26,041 nt of DNA from Nanobdellota archaeon (GCA_043814765.1 JBDRJQ010000033.1:1-26041); one strand, 5' to 3'. Shown: positions 1-9,490, counted from the first letter of the stretch. Program-made: numbers and translations. Notes: generated from the sequence alone by a model not told the origin.

Positions 1-563
1 ACATCTTCATCTCCTTCTATGATAAACACATTATCATCACTATCAACAATACCGGTTTTTATGTGTTGTCCTTCGCCATTATAATCATCGTTTATCTTGG
101 TCCAATTCTCACCCAAATCAGTCGACTGCCAGACGTCATCATCATCTTCTATTATGTAAAGATAATTATCACTATCAACCAACATATAACTGGCAACGGT
201 GTTGCCTTCTTCACCATTGTAGTCGTCCTTAATCAGGGTCCAATTAAGTCCAGAGTCTTCCGACCTCCAGACATCTGACTGGGCGTCCACAACATACAAG
301 ACAGTTTCTATAACAGCCATTCCCTTGGCATTCCCATTGTCACTGTTGAAATTGGTGATGGTCTTTGTCCAGTTAAGCCCGCCATCAGAAGATTTCCAAA
401 CATCTTCATCTCCTTCTATGATAAACACATTATCATCACTATCAGCAATACCAACTTTGATATGCTCGCCTTCGCCATTATAATCATCGTTTATCTTGGT
501 CCAATTCTCACCCAAATCAGTCGACTGCCAGACGTCATCATCATCTTCTATTATGTAAAGATA
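1..563. repeat. Intragenic direct repeat, 399-bp (133-aa) period
   Basis: 1-45 is identical to 400-444 and 70-164 is identical to 469-563. Weaker similarity continues beyond. Confidence 0.9.
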
Positions 564-1016
564 GTCATTGCTGTCTGAAAGCATATGCATGGGATTGTTG
601 CTTTCTTCACTGTTATAATCATCCTTGACCAGTGTCCAATTGGCTCCGGAGTCTGTTGATTTCCACACATCAGCCTGCCCATCAACAACCATCAAACGGA
701 TTTCTGTTACCAGTAACTCTGTCCAGTTTATGCTGTTCCATGTAGCGTTTGATCCCGAGTCAAAAACAGGGCTTGTGTAATTCCCTGAAGCGTACGTTGA
801 ATTTAATTGCATAGTGTTATCTGCTGTATTAAAGAATGTACTCACAAAAGTTCCCTCTTCAAAGGATGATTGATTAGTAGTTTGCCATACAACAAATCCT
901 ATAAAATTTGTTCTGATAAAAAAGAATACTGGTAATGAAAATAAAATTATTATAATTAAAACAACTTTTAAAAGAAATAGATTATTACGCTTCTTAGGTT
1001 TAGATACTTTTTTCAT
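1..1016 (-). CDS. Membrane-anchored/secreted Asp-box (BNR) repeat beta-propeller-like protein, 3' end outside window
   Basis: Not in the ORF track. Manual translation from ATG at 1016 gives MKKVSKPKKRNNLFLLKVVLIIIILFSLPVFFF (basic N-terminus plus TM helix), then repeated DVWxSxDxGxNWT Asp-box motifs (DVWKSTDSGANWT, DVWQSTDLGENWT, DVWKSSDGGLNWT, DVWRSEDSGLNWT). The frame is open to the window edge. Confidence 0.85.
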   Translation of the reverse strand, partial: MKKVSKPKKRNNLFLLKVVLIIIILFSLPVFFFIRTNFIGFVVWQTTNQSSFEEGTFVSTFFNTADNTMQLNSTYASGNYTSPVFDSGSNATWNSINWTELLVTEIRLMVVDGQADVWKSTDSGANWTLVKDDYNSEESNNPMHMLSDSNDYLYIIEDDDDVWQSTDLGENWTKINDDYNGEGEHIKVGIADSDDNVFIIEGDEDVWKSSDGGLNWTKTITNFNSDNGNAKGMAVIETVLYVVDAQSDVWRSEDSGLNWTLIKDDYNGEEGNTVASYMLVDSDNYLYIIEDDDDVWQSTDLGENWTKINDDYNGEGQHIKTGIVDSDDNVFIIEGDED

Positions 1017-1116
1017 TAGTTAATTATTGTAAAGATAAAATAATAAATAAATTTTTTCTAAAACAGATTCAATTATAGTAAATGCATTGATGCAATCTTA
1101 GGTTTTAATATCATAA

Positions 1117-1355
1117 GAAGTATCAAGCGCCATTAATCAGGCTAAACTAGACATAAAAGAGATGGAAAACGCTGGATTTGGTAAGGGTCTTTGCGACAGA
1201 TAAGTTAATAGAAGCCAATCAAGCTTTCTTAGCTGTTAGCTATGATGATTTGATAGAAAGTACTGATGAGATAGCCCCTAGAAAGGAACGTGCTTGCGAG
1301 CTCCACGACCAGATTGTAGTCTCGGAAATAGACGGAATAATAAAAACAGTCTTTA
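1117..1355 (+). pseudogene. Probable frameshifted gene fragment (helical hypothetical protein)
   Basis: Frame 1 reads EVSSAINQAKLDIKEMENAGFG and stops soon after. Frame 2 continues VRVFATDKLIEANQAF...RKERACELHDQIVVSE. There is no good start, and the 3' end runs into the radical SAM gene. Confidence 0.4.
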
Positions 1356-2789
1356 ATCCAGAAGCTCTGCTAACTTTCTTTCTATCAGGAAATGATAAAA
1401 CTTATATTTCAGCCTGAACGCTGCAACAGGCTGATACACGCTTATGGCGAATCTTGCGAACTTGTTGCTTACCTTTGAGAGAATGTTTTTGTTGCTGAAC
1501 AGGAACAAGAAACTTGTATCCTCAAGATACTTTCTTGTCTTTGGCGGTAGCCAGCTATGCTTTTTCATCCAGGAAGTTCCTGTGAAGATACCCCATTCCT
1601 CAAAATTAAGCGGTTTCCTGAAGCCTGCTTTAAGACAGTCATCATATAATTTAGTTCCAGGGAAAGGCATGTATATGTTGTATAGTATATAGCTCTTCTT
1701 GTGCTTCCTAGCCAATTTTTGAGCTGCCTCTATATCCTCTTTTATCTCCTTTTCAGTCTGTCCTGGCAAGCCGGCAATAAAGTTTAGCTTGAGATTAAAG
1801 TTTCTTTTTTCAACGCTCTTCAAAACCCTTATTATCTGTTCAGGCGTCAGGTGTTTATCAACTTTCTTTAGAAGCCGTTCATTAAGTGTTTCAACTCCGA
1901 TATCAATGCTCCTTACTCCGCTTTCATACAGTAAATCAAAGACTTCATCTGTGAATTTTTCAAGGGCGTCTATTCTAAGTCCTTGAAAAGCCAGATTTAT
2001 TTTGTATGGCTTTTCCTTTATTTTCTTTAACAGCTCATATAATCTGTCTGGGTTTGCAGCAACATTATCATCTACAAAATAAATCGTTTTTGCACCATAA
2101 TCATTGACAAGAACGTCTATATTTTTAAGAACAGTGTCTATTGGAAACGGTCTCCATGTACCGCAGTTAAAATCCTCATTATAGCAGAAACCGCATCTAT
2201 AAGGGCATCCTCTGCTGCCTTGTATAGATAATCCCTTTTCTCCTGCATAAGTTATAGAAGAATACTTGCTCATATCCAAGAGGCTGTAGTCAGGAATCGG
2301 AATCTCTTCTGGTTTTAAGAGGGTTTGCACAGGATTATGTTTTATAGAGCCCTTTTCTTTGTAGCTTATACCTTTTATTTCTGACATGCCCCTTTTCTTG
2401 GCAAGCTCAAGAAACTGTTTCTCTCCCTCGCCTCTAACAACAACATCTACAGAGTCTTCTTTCAGTGCTTCTTCTGGAACTATTGACGGATGAACACCTC
2501 CAAAAACAACCATAGTGTCAGGCTTCTCTGCCTTTACAAATCTTGCTATTTTAAGGGCCTCTGTTACCTGGTGCCCTATCATGCATGTAGTCCCAACAAT
2601 ATCAGCTGTTTTCAGTTCATTCAAAAGCTCTTTCTTCCATCCGCTATTGATTCTGGTGTCTATTATCCTTGCATCAATCCCGTTTTTCTTTAGATATGTG
2701 GCTATGTATAAAAGACCAAGTGGCATGCGCGTGCCTAGTTTTTCATACCTGCCTGCACTTGATTGTACCAAAAGAACTTTCCGGCTCAT
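1353..2789 (-). CDS. B12-binding domain radical SAM protein (class B methyltransferase-like)
   Basis: N-terminal cobalamin-binding domain (PLGLLYIATYL; VVFGGVHPS; VVRGEGE), CxxxCxxC motif SRGCPYRCGFC, later FVDDN, IGVET and PFPGTKLY motifs. Confidence 0.92.
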   Translation of the reverse strand: MSRKVLLVQSSAGRYEKLGTRMPLGLLYIATYLKKNGIDARIIDTRINSGWKKELLNELKTADIVGTTCMIGHQVTEALKIARFVKAEKPDTMVVFGGVHPSIVPEEALKEDSVDVVVRGEGEKQFLELAKKRGMSEIKGISYKEKGSIKHNPVQTLLKPEEIPIPDYSLLDMSKYSSITYAGEKGLSIQGSRGCPYRCGFCYNEDFNCGTWRPFPIDTVLKNIDVLVNDYGAKTIYFVDDNVAANPDRLYELLKKIKEKPYKINLAFQGLRIDALEKFTDEVFDLLYESGVRSIDIGVETLNERLLKKVDKHLTPEQIIRVLKSVEKRNFNLKLNFIAGLPGQTEKEIKEDIEAAQKLARKHKKSYILYNIYMPFPGTKLYDDCLKAGFRKPLNFEEWGIFTGTSWMKKHSWLPPKTRKYLEDTSFLFLFSNKNILSKVSNKFARFAISVYQPVAAFRLKYKFYHFLIERKLAELLD

Positions 2790-2860
2790 GTATAGTCATA
2801 ATCTGTTAGAATTTATAAGTTTAGTATCAATCTTAAATACGTAAAAAACAATTCTAACCA

Positions 2861-3184
2861 ATGAATGAATGGAAAAAACTTCCGGTTACAGAATTGAAAC
2901 GGCTTGTAAAATCAAGATCAGGAAGGATAGCAGAGCTGCAGGTTGAGATCGATGTTTTGAAATCAATAATAAACCAGAAACTTGATAGCGGGGATCTTGG
3001 AGAATTCGCACCAAAAATGCCTGAAGAATTTGCAAATCCAAAAACAGTTGAAAAGAGGAACATTATAACCACAGAGAAGCCAAAAGAAGAATCGCCAAAG
3101 GAGACAATTTTTGAAACAGCAGAGAAGCAATCTACTTTAACACCTAAAGAAGAAAACAGCAATCTCGGCGAGCTTGATTTATAA
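2861..3184 (+). CDS. Hypothetical protein (N-terminal coiled coil, acidic disordered tail)
   Basis: 107-aa ATG ORF with host-like K/E-rich composition filling the gap between two minus-strand genes. Confidence 0.65.
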   Translation: MNEWKKLPVTELKRLVKSRSGRIAELQVEIDVLKSIINQKLDSGDLGEFAPKMPEEFANPKTVEKRNIITTEKPKEESPKETIFETAEKQSTLTPKEENSNLGELDL

Positions 3185-3928
3185 TGATTCTTTAAATTCT
3201 CTAATATAGTTGCGCAGCTCTATAACAGTCATGCTGTAATCTCCAGAACCAGTAAGCATGTCTATTATAATCGTATCGTCTTTTATTGTGAGATACCCAT
3301 TTCTGTCAACAAACTCCGCTATACCAATGCATGTTTCATTATCATCAGTCCAGTGAAGATCCCCATAAGGTCTTGCGCTATCAGATTCAGTTCTTCTGAT
3401 GTATTCTACTTTGGGGACATTATCTTCAGCAAGGCTGTTTCTTACATAGTCTTCTAAGGTCTTTATTGTTTCTGAGTAATGGTTAAATTCGCTTTCGTCA
3501 AAGAAACCAAAAGGATTAACGTAAGAAGTTACTTCATTTTCGCCAGCATCGTTTATATTTATGTTATACTTCAAGTATGGCACTAATTGAAAGCTTAGCG
3601 TATAATCATCATCATGAGAATCAATTGATGACTCTAGTTGATCAAATGATATTTCCTGATCATCTATTATTATTTTGCTGTACAAGGATATCTCGCAGCT
3701 AATTGAATTATCATAGTCTGTTGCTATAGCACCTATAGGAGTGCCCTCGCACGCTGTAATATTAACACTTCTTATATGCTCATCTTTTGGACTACAAGAA
3801 AACAGCATAAATCCAATTAGGCCTGCTGTTATGCCATGTTTTATGTTTTTAACAAAAGCAGAAAAATAATCAGAATCAGGTCTAGGATTATCCAAACCTT
3901 CATTTTCCATTCCATCTTTGTATTTCAT
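3179..3928 (-). CDS. Hypothetical acidic exported protein, possible lipoprotein
   Basis: 249-aa ORF with GGGGT SD-like sequence upstream. Hydrophobic stretch ending in a lipobox-like FMLFSC. Confidence 0.7.
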   Translation of the reverse strand: MKYKDGMENEGLDNPRPDSDYFSAFVKNIKHGITAGLIGFMLFSCSPKDEHIRSVNITACEGTPIGAIATDYDNSISCEISLYSKIIIDDQEISFDQLESSIDSHDDDYTLSFQLVPYLKYNININDAGENEVTSYVNPFGFFDESEFNHYSETIKTLEDYVRNSLAEDNVPKVEYIRRTESDSARPYGDLHWTDDNETCIGIAEFVDRNGYLTIKDDTIIIDMLTGSGDYSMTVIELRNYIREFKESL

Positions 3929-3959
3929 TTTTACCCCTAATCGTTCATTACTTAAAAGC

Positions 3960-4556
3960 CTATCTAATCAAGCACACACAATCGTTTGCCGGTATGCAGT
4001 CTATTCGCATTTGTATTGGGCTATCAGAGTTAGGAAGAGGCATGCATGTTTTTTCACATGTTTGCTCGCATACTGTTATACCTCCATCATATCCTATATC
4101 TGCTGGACAAACTGCGCTTGTAGACATAATTATTCCTTTAAGGCCCTCTTTGAACTCTGGCTCAATACCCAGATTAACAACTTCTATATTGTTGAAATCT
4201 GTTCTTTGTTTGTACTGTAGCTGCACCCTTCCAATTTCTTCCGCAGGAGTATTGTATAACTGCGTCATTGAAATGCTTGTTTCCTTGGTGCTTACCAGAA
4301 TCAGATCGTCATACATCCATTCTGTAGGATTCTCTATGATGCACACTCTCCAATCCATGCCATATCCAGGAAACTGTTCTGAACAGTCACGAACAAGTTC
4401 TTGCACCTGTGCTCTGTCTGCAACAGGAAGAAGTTCGCAACCGTTTTCATTAGTTAAGTCAGATGATAAACCGCTTGCTATTTGCTGAGAACTAGCTACC
4501 AGTACTAACGTGGCTGCAATTACCAGAGTTGCTATTATTTTTCTGTTTAATCGCAT
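3960..4556 (-). CDS. Hypothetical secreted Cys-rich protein
   Basis: Preferred start is ATG at 4556 (MRLNRKIIATLVIAATLVLVASS signal peptide) with GGGGGTG SD upstream, rather than the track's 4613. Cys cluster at the C-terminus. Confidence 0.7.
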   Translation of the reverse strand: MRLNRKIIATLVIAATLVLVASSQQIASGLSSDLTNENGCELLPVADRAQVQELVRDCSEQFPGYGMDWRVCIIENPTEWMYDDLILVSTKETSISMTQLYNTPAEEIGRVQLQYKQRTDFNNIEVVNLGIEPEFKEGLKGIIMSTSAVCPADIGYDGGITVCEQTCEKTCMPLPNSDSPIQMRIDCIPANDCVCLIR

Positions 4557-4657
4557 ATTAGCACCCCCTATAAAAAAATTAGAACAAAACCTTAAATAGC
4601 TACTTGAAAGCACATTTTAGAGAATATTGTATAATTATATAACTAAACCACTAATAG

Positions 4658-6103
4658 TTATTTCAGTTCTTCCTTTAGAATCTTCATAACCATCTTGCCG
4701 TCAGCCTTTCCGCGAAGCTCTTTCATTACCAATCCCATGTAAGCCTGTTCAGGTCTTGGCGCATCCTTTGCTTTGGGATTCTTCTTGATAATGTCGCGTA
4801 TCTTTCCACGAAGCTCTGCTTCGTCTGAAACTTTGCCTTCTCCAATCTCTGCATCAGGATTTTCTGCTAACTGTTTCAGTGCTGTCAAAATTGCATCTTT
4901 GATTAGCTTTCCAGATTTGAAAGCGTCAAACACAATTTCAAATTGCTTCTCATGCAGATTTTCTATGTTTATGTTTTCTTTTCTCTTTAACTGAGTTAAA
5001 CCAGCAGTTAGCGTGTTAGCAACCAGCTTCGCATCATGGCCTTTCTTTACAATATCTTCGAAAATGTAAGCTTTGTCCATCCTGTTCAATTGTTTCACTG
5101 TGTCTTTTGCAAGGCCGTATTGTTTCATGAAACGTTTTTCCCTGGCATCCCACAGTTCTGGAAGTTCTTTCTTCAGTTGAGAAAGATAATTTCTATCAAT
5201 ACTGATAGGAGGAATGTCTGTTTCAGGATACATTCTTGCACCGCCTGTAAGTGGTCGCATGAATTCGCTTCCATTATCTGTAACACGGCGAACTTCTTTG
5301 GGAACACTCTCCTTTTTCTTAATGAAACCTTGCTGTCTTATTATCTCATCGTCAACATGCTTGGGTATCATGTCAAGGTCCTGCACACCTTTCAGCTCTA
5401 TCCTTGTCCCATTTTTAATGGAAACATTAACATCCTGTCTTATTGTTCCAAGCCCGCGTCTAACGCGTCCTGTAGATCTTAGAATCATGCCAAGCTTTTC
5501 TGAAGCCTCCTTGACCTGTTCTGGTAGCCTCATGTCAGGAGAAGTTCCTATTTCAACCAGAGGAATGCCTAATCTATGCAATCCATAAACAACTTTTTTG
5601 TTGTTTTTCTCTATTATCTGGCAGGCATCCTCTTCTACAGATATATTGGTTATGCCAACCTTTCCAAAAGATGTCTTAATCCAGCCGTTCATGCCAATTA
5701 TTGCAGTGCGCTGGAAACCTGATGTGTTGGATCCGTCTACAACCTGCTTTCTCATAACATGAATCTCATCAGGTATTTCACAGTTTAACATAAGCGCTAT
5801 CTTGAGTCCTATCTCAAGAGCATCTCTGTTCATTTCATGTGGCGGTTCAGAATCAGTCTCCACTAGGCAAGTCTCTTCAGGATATGTCATGTAATGGAAC
5901 TCTTTGTTCTGTAAAACTTCATGCAGTGCTGCGGCGTCAACATCACCAAGTTCGCCGGCTACTGCGCGCATCTTTCTAACAATCTCATCATTGGATTGTT
6001 GCGCCATCTGCGAGTCGCAGTCACAAAAAAGCTTGTGGCTGCTGAGCTGCTGGTGTATTTCTATTCCAGACTTTAGACCAAGCTTCGCATAATCAAGAGC
6101 CAT
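4658..6103 (-). CDS. gatE: Glu-tRNA(Gln) amidotransferase subunit E (short form)
   Basis: GLKSGIEIHQQL..KLFC, GELGDVDAAALHE, CLVETDSEPPH, DGSNTSGFQRT, RGLGTIRQDVNVSI and RMYPETDIP motifs, plus a YqeY-like tail MGLVMKELRGKADG. Confidence 0.95.
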   Translation of the reverse strand: MALDYAKLGLKSGIEIHQQLSSHKLFCDCDSQMAQQSNDEIVRKMRAVAGELGDVDAAALHEVLQNKEFHYMTYPEETCLVETDSEPPHEMNRDALEIGLKIALMLNCEIPDEIHVMRKQVVDGSNTSGFQRTAIIGMNGWIKTSFGKVGITNISVEEDACQIIEKNNKKVVYGLHRLGIPLVEIGTSPDMRLPEQVKEASEKLGMILRSTGRVRRGLGTIRQDVNVSIKNGTRIELKGVQDLDMIPKHVDDEIIRQQGFIKKKESVPKEVRRVTDNGSEFMRPLTGGARMYPETDIPPISIDRNYLSQLKKELPELWDAREKRFMKQYGLAKDTVKQLNRMDKAYIFEDIVKKGHDAKLVANTLTAGLTQLKRKENINIENLHEKQFEIVFDAFKSGKLIKDAILTALKQLAENPDAEIGEGKVSDEAELRGKIRDIIKKNPKAKDAPRPEQAYMGLVMKELRGKADGKMVMKILKEELK

Positions 6104-6153
6104 GTATAATGTTTGTAAAGAATCTATATAAGAAATTAAGCCTAATTTAAATC

Positions 6154-6465
6154 ATGAGAGCCAGTCTAAGAATAGGACTTCTTGCTTTAGGTTTTGTTTT
6201 AATAATAATTGCTAGCGGCTGTGTCAGAATAAAAGAAGTTGATTTCAAGCAATGTGATTCTGACAGCGACTGCATATCTGTTCCTGATGGATGTTGCACA
6301 TGCAGTAACGGAGGAAAAGCAACAAGCATTAACAAAGCCCTTGAGAAGCAGTATATAGACTCTAGGCACGCCAAATGCCTAGGTATAATGTGTCCTATGA
6401 TTATATCAAGCGATCCAACTTGTTTTGCTAAACCTAAATGCATTGAAAATCAGTGTACTATTTAG
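6154..6465 (+). CDS. Small Cys-rich secreted protein/lipoprotein
   Basis: Signal peptide with IASGC lipobox and Cys pattern CDSDSDC..GCCTC..C..CP..C..C..C. TATA-like sequence about 27 nt upstream of the ATG. Confidence 0.8.
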   Translation: MRASLRIGLLALGFVLIIIASGCVRIKEVDFKQCDSDSDCISVPDGCCTCSNGGKATSINKALEKQYIDSRHAKCLGIMCPMIISSDPTCFAKPKCIENQCTI

Positions 6466-6493
6466 ATCTCTTTAAGTTGACAATGATAAACAG

Positions 6494-6526
6494 AATGGCG
6501 ATCTCTTTCGAGGTCGCCGTTTTTTT
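6494..6526. terminator. GC-rich hairpin with T-run between convergent genes (probable bidirectional terminator)
   Basis: AATGGCGATCTC-TTTC-GAGGTCGCCGTT then T-run on the plus strand. The minus strand gives a GAAA tetraloop followed by ATTCTGTTT. Confidence 0.65.
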
Positions 6527-6541
6527 CCAGAAATTGTGAAG

Positions 6542-9490
6542 TTAATATACAGTGAAATGCGTACCGCTTTCAATTTCAGTGGTAACCAATTCTCCACCAC
6601 TTTCTGTGTACACTTCTATTATTCCCACAACGTAATAATTTCCAGAGCCAATGTTCAGAGTGGTTGTACTCTTGGAGTCGTTATTGATCCAGTTTTCCGC
6701 TATGTTGTATCCGTTGCTATGGGTATGAACGATGTGATAATCAGAACTTCTGACGATATTCCATGTAATCCATACATAGCATGCGGGTCCGCCATGAGTC
6801 CAATGTATGTGAGTGCACATCGGATCGCCCTGATTGAATGATGTTTTCTCGTTTTCAGAACCATCTCCTGATGTGGATATAACATCATTTATACTTGCTG
6901 TAGGAGTTCCGCCGCTTCCGCCATATGGATCAATGTCGAAAGTGAACAGCTTGACCTGCCCGGAGGAAACAAACTTCTCCTTGTCATTGTAATAATACTG
7001 AGACCCTGTATCCGGATCCTGCCACCGTATATACATGGTGTGGCATTCGTCTCCGAGTACAGGCAATTGTGGACCCGTTTGGTCATAACCACCAGGAGAT
7101 GCGTTTATTGCATTATCATATGATTGGTTGTCAATTGAATATTGAACTGTGATCCAGTCGTCGTCGTTATTGTCCAGTGATATGCGTGCATAACCATCAT
7201 CCGCCTGCGGTTCGCTGTGCGCATCAACTGTGAACACGAAATCCACAGTCGTGTTTTCGGAAACGTTTTTTGTCTCCTGCTTTGAATACCATTGTGTCCC
7301 CGTATCCGGATCCTGCCATTGCATATAGACAGTATGACTTTCATTTCCAGACACATTATAGCTGGTAGGGTCTGAACCATTTCCGTATGCAGGAACGTTG
7401 AAATAGCTCCCATAATCCATGATGTCTATGGAAAATTCCACCATGACAGCATCATCATCACCACTGTTGGCGGAAACCTTTATGTAGCCATCTGCAGGGC
7501 CAGACTGTACATGATAATCAACAACGAAATCAAAAAAGGAACACATTCCCGAAAGAACATTTTTAGACTGCTCTTTGGTGTAGTGCGCTCCTGTATCAGG
7601 ATCATACCATTTGATGTAAACAGTATGATTGCCAGAATCGACTTCAATGTCGGGATTTGAATACCCGTTACCATAGGCAGGGACCTGGAAAGAATGGTCA
7701 TAAGAAGGTTCATCAATGGAAAACGAGACCGTAACATCGCTGTTATCGTTGCTGGTTGCGGAAACGTGTATGTTGCCTTTGTTTAGAGGAGGATCGTGCA
7801 GCGGCAGACCGAAATCAACTGTCACTGTTTTTGAAGATTCCACATGTTTGGCTCCAGAGGAATCATAATACTCTTGTTTCATGCTGGAGTCAAACCATTT
7901 TATGTTGACTGTGTGATTCGCATTTCCTTTGACATGAATCGATGCTCCTGTTTTTGAGCCGCCCGAAGATACGAACAATGAATGATCGTATGATGTATCA
8001 TCAACCGAATAGTACACGGTTACGTCATCATTGTCGTGGTTCGCCACTTTGACTTTGATGTAACCATCCAGCGGCGGAGGTGGGGGGCCGGGATCATCGC
8101 TGATAATTAAAGGTATGGTGAAGGTGACAATTTTCTGTTCATTCAGTCCGAAATACTGGCTGCTAGTCTGGTATCGGTCTTCTCCTTCGTCATACCATTC
8201 AATCTTGCATGTGTGGATCTTTTCCGGTTCCACTTCAAAGAGCTCATTCAAGACAGGTTGCCCGTCTTGTATTGTGGGATATTCATCTCCACTATCTAGC
8301 TGCAGAGATTTCACATGCTGATTATCTATAAGACAATCAATTTGATGTGAATCATCATCCATGTTTTTAATACTGAATGAGACTGCCGTAATATCATCAG
8401 CATGTTCTGATAAGTCGATTACGAGCTTGCTTGACCATTGGGCGTTTGTGCAAACACCATCACTTCCGCATACAAATCCATCAGTGAATCCCTCAGCTTC
8501 GAATTCATTTGAAATTCTTAACTTCGGATTAAGGTCTGGGGCATTGACAAGATTAGCCATCATAACCAAAGAAATTGTTAGAAAAGCTGATCTCTCAAGC
8601 AATGCTCCTGGATTCTGAAGAATGGAAGCAAATTTACCGGTTGCATCTCTAAATATGTTGAACGGGCCATTAGGGATGCTAGGAATTTTGCCTCCCTTTT
8701 TGAACAAGTCATTGCTGATAAATCCTTCAATACTTTCTATATTCCCAGGCAGGTTTCTGTATATCGGGCTCTGCCTGAACCTTTCTATATGCACGTGCCA
8801 GAAGCGATGACGATAAGGCATAGCATTCTCTGTACCTACCGGAGCATCCAGATGCACGAAGTAATCGAAAAAGCTAAACTTCACGACAGCATTGCCCTTG
8901 CCAGGAACATAGTTCGGTATTTTACCGATATTAGCGACAGTTGCTGCTGGAAGGAGACCGTACAAAAGATCCATGTTGTTGTTGACGAACGGTATTAGAT
9001 ATCCTTCAATGACATCATCAACCTTAATCTCATATGCGTAGCAATCTGCCCACGGGCCATTTCCAGCATTGACAGGCACATACCTTGTTTCTGAGAAGAA
9101 ACTGAAGACCAGATACTTTATGCCGGGTTGAGTAAGAGTTGTTGTATAAGAAAATTTCCCATCCTTATCGGATTTTACAAAACTACATGTTCCTTTGTAA
9201 GGATCCACCACTTGCACATCACCTGATGCAATAGGAGTGCCATCAGGATTAGTTATCTTGCCATATACGGTAAAATTAGAGCCCAATTCAGAACACCATT
9301 CAGCCTCCAGTACCATATCATCCTCTACCTGAGGATCGAATTCTGGATTATTGTTTCCTCCATCATTGTTCGAAGGATTGTCGTTCCCTGCGGGTGGCAC
9401 TGTTGGCGACCCGTTGCCTCCGCCTCCTCCACATCCCGAAAGGATTGTGAGGAGGATAATGGTTGATACCAATGTGTAAAACTTTGACAT
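6542..9490 (-). CDS. Large surface lipoprotein with Ig-like/carboxypeptidase-regulatory-like N-domain and 4-5 tandem ~95-aa repeats
   Basis: ATG at 9490 with AAGGAG SD (track start 9523 is less likely). Lipobox ILSGC followed by a G/P/N linker. VYGKITNPDGTPI..SDKDGKFSY motif. Repeats of GYIxVxxxNxDxDxVxVxxSID..HTVxIxWxDPDTG. Confidence 0.85.
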   Translation of the reverse strand: MSKFYTLVSTIILLTILSGCGGGGGNGSPTVPPAGNDNPSNNDGGNNNPEFDPQVEDDMVLEAEWCSELGSNFTVYGKITNPDGTPIASGDVQVVDPYKGTCSFVKSDKDGKFSYTTTLTQPGIKYLVFSFFSETRYVPVNAGNGPWADCYAYEIKVDDVIEGYLIPFVNNNMDLLYGLLPAATVANIGKIPNYVPGKGNAVVKFSFFDYFVHLDAPVGTENAMPYRHRFWHVHIERFRQSPIYRNLPGNIESIEGFISNDLFKKGGKIPSIPNGPFNIFRDATGKFASILQNPGALLERSAFLTISLVMMANLVNAPDLNPKLRISNEFEAEGFTDGFVCGSDGVCTNAQWSSKLVIDLSEHADDITAVSFSIKNMDDDSHQIDCLIDNQHVKSLQLDSGDEYPTIQDGQPVLNELFEVEPEKIHTCKIEWYDEGEDRYQTSSQYFGLNEQKIVTFTIPLIISDDPGPPPPPLDGYIKVKVANHDNDDVTVYYSVDDTSYDHSLFVSSGGSKTGASIHVKGNANHTVNIKWFDSSMKQEYYDSSGAKHVESSKTVTVDFGLPLHDPPLNKGNIHVSATSNDNSDVTVSFSIDEPSYDHSFQVPAYGNGYSNPDIEVDSGNHTVYIKWYDPDTGAHYTKEQSKNVLSGMCSFFDFVVDYHVQSGPADGYIKVSANSGDDDAVMVEFSIDIMDYGSYFNVPAYGNGSDPTSYNVSGNESHTVYMQWQDPDTGTQWYSKQETKNVSENTTVDFVFTVDAHSEPQADDGYARISLDNNDDDWITVQYSIDNQSYDNAINASPGGYDQTGPQLPVLGDECHTMYIRWQDPDTGSQYYYNDKEKFVSSGQVKLFTFDIDPYGGSGGTPTASINDVISTSGDGSENEKTSFNQGDPMCTHIHWTHGGPACYVWITWNIVRSSDYHIVHTHSNGYNIAENWINNDSKSTTTLNIGSGNYYVVGIIEVYTESGGELVTTEIESGTHFTVY
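6920..8070 (-). repeat. Four tandem ~290-bp coding repeats in the large lipoprotein
   Basis: Repeat starts DGYIKVKVAN (~8069), KGNIHVSATS (~7780), DGYIKVSANS (~7492) and DGYARISLDN (~7198). WQDPDTG/WYDPDTG recurs. Confidence 0.85.

Noticed and set aside
1..563. Repeat pair as a DGR template/variable region
   Set aside because: Mismatches are not adenine-specific on either strand, both copies are in-frame blades of one gene, and no reverse transcriptase is visible.
6470..6526. Boundary motif as a classical integron attC site
   Set aside because: No RYYYAAC...GTTRRRY pair enclosing the hairpin and no integrase in the window. Kept only as an unexplained motif.
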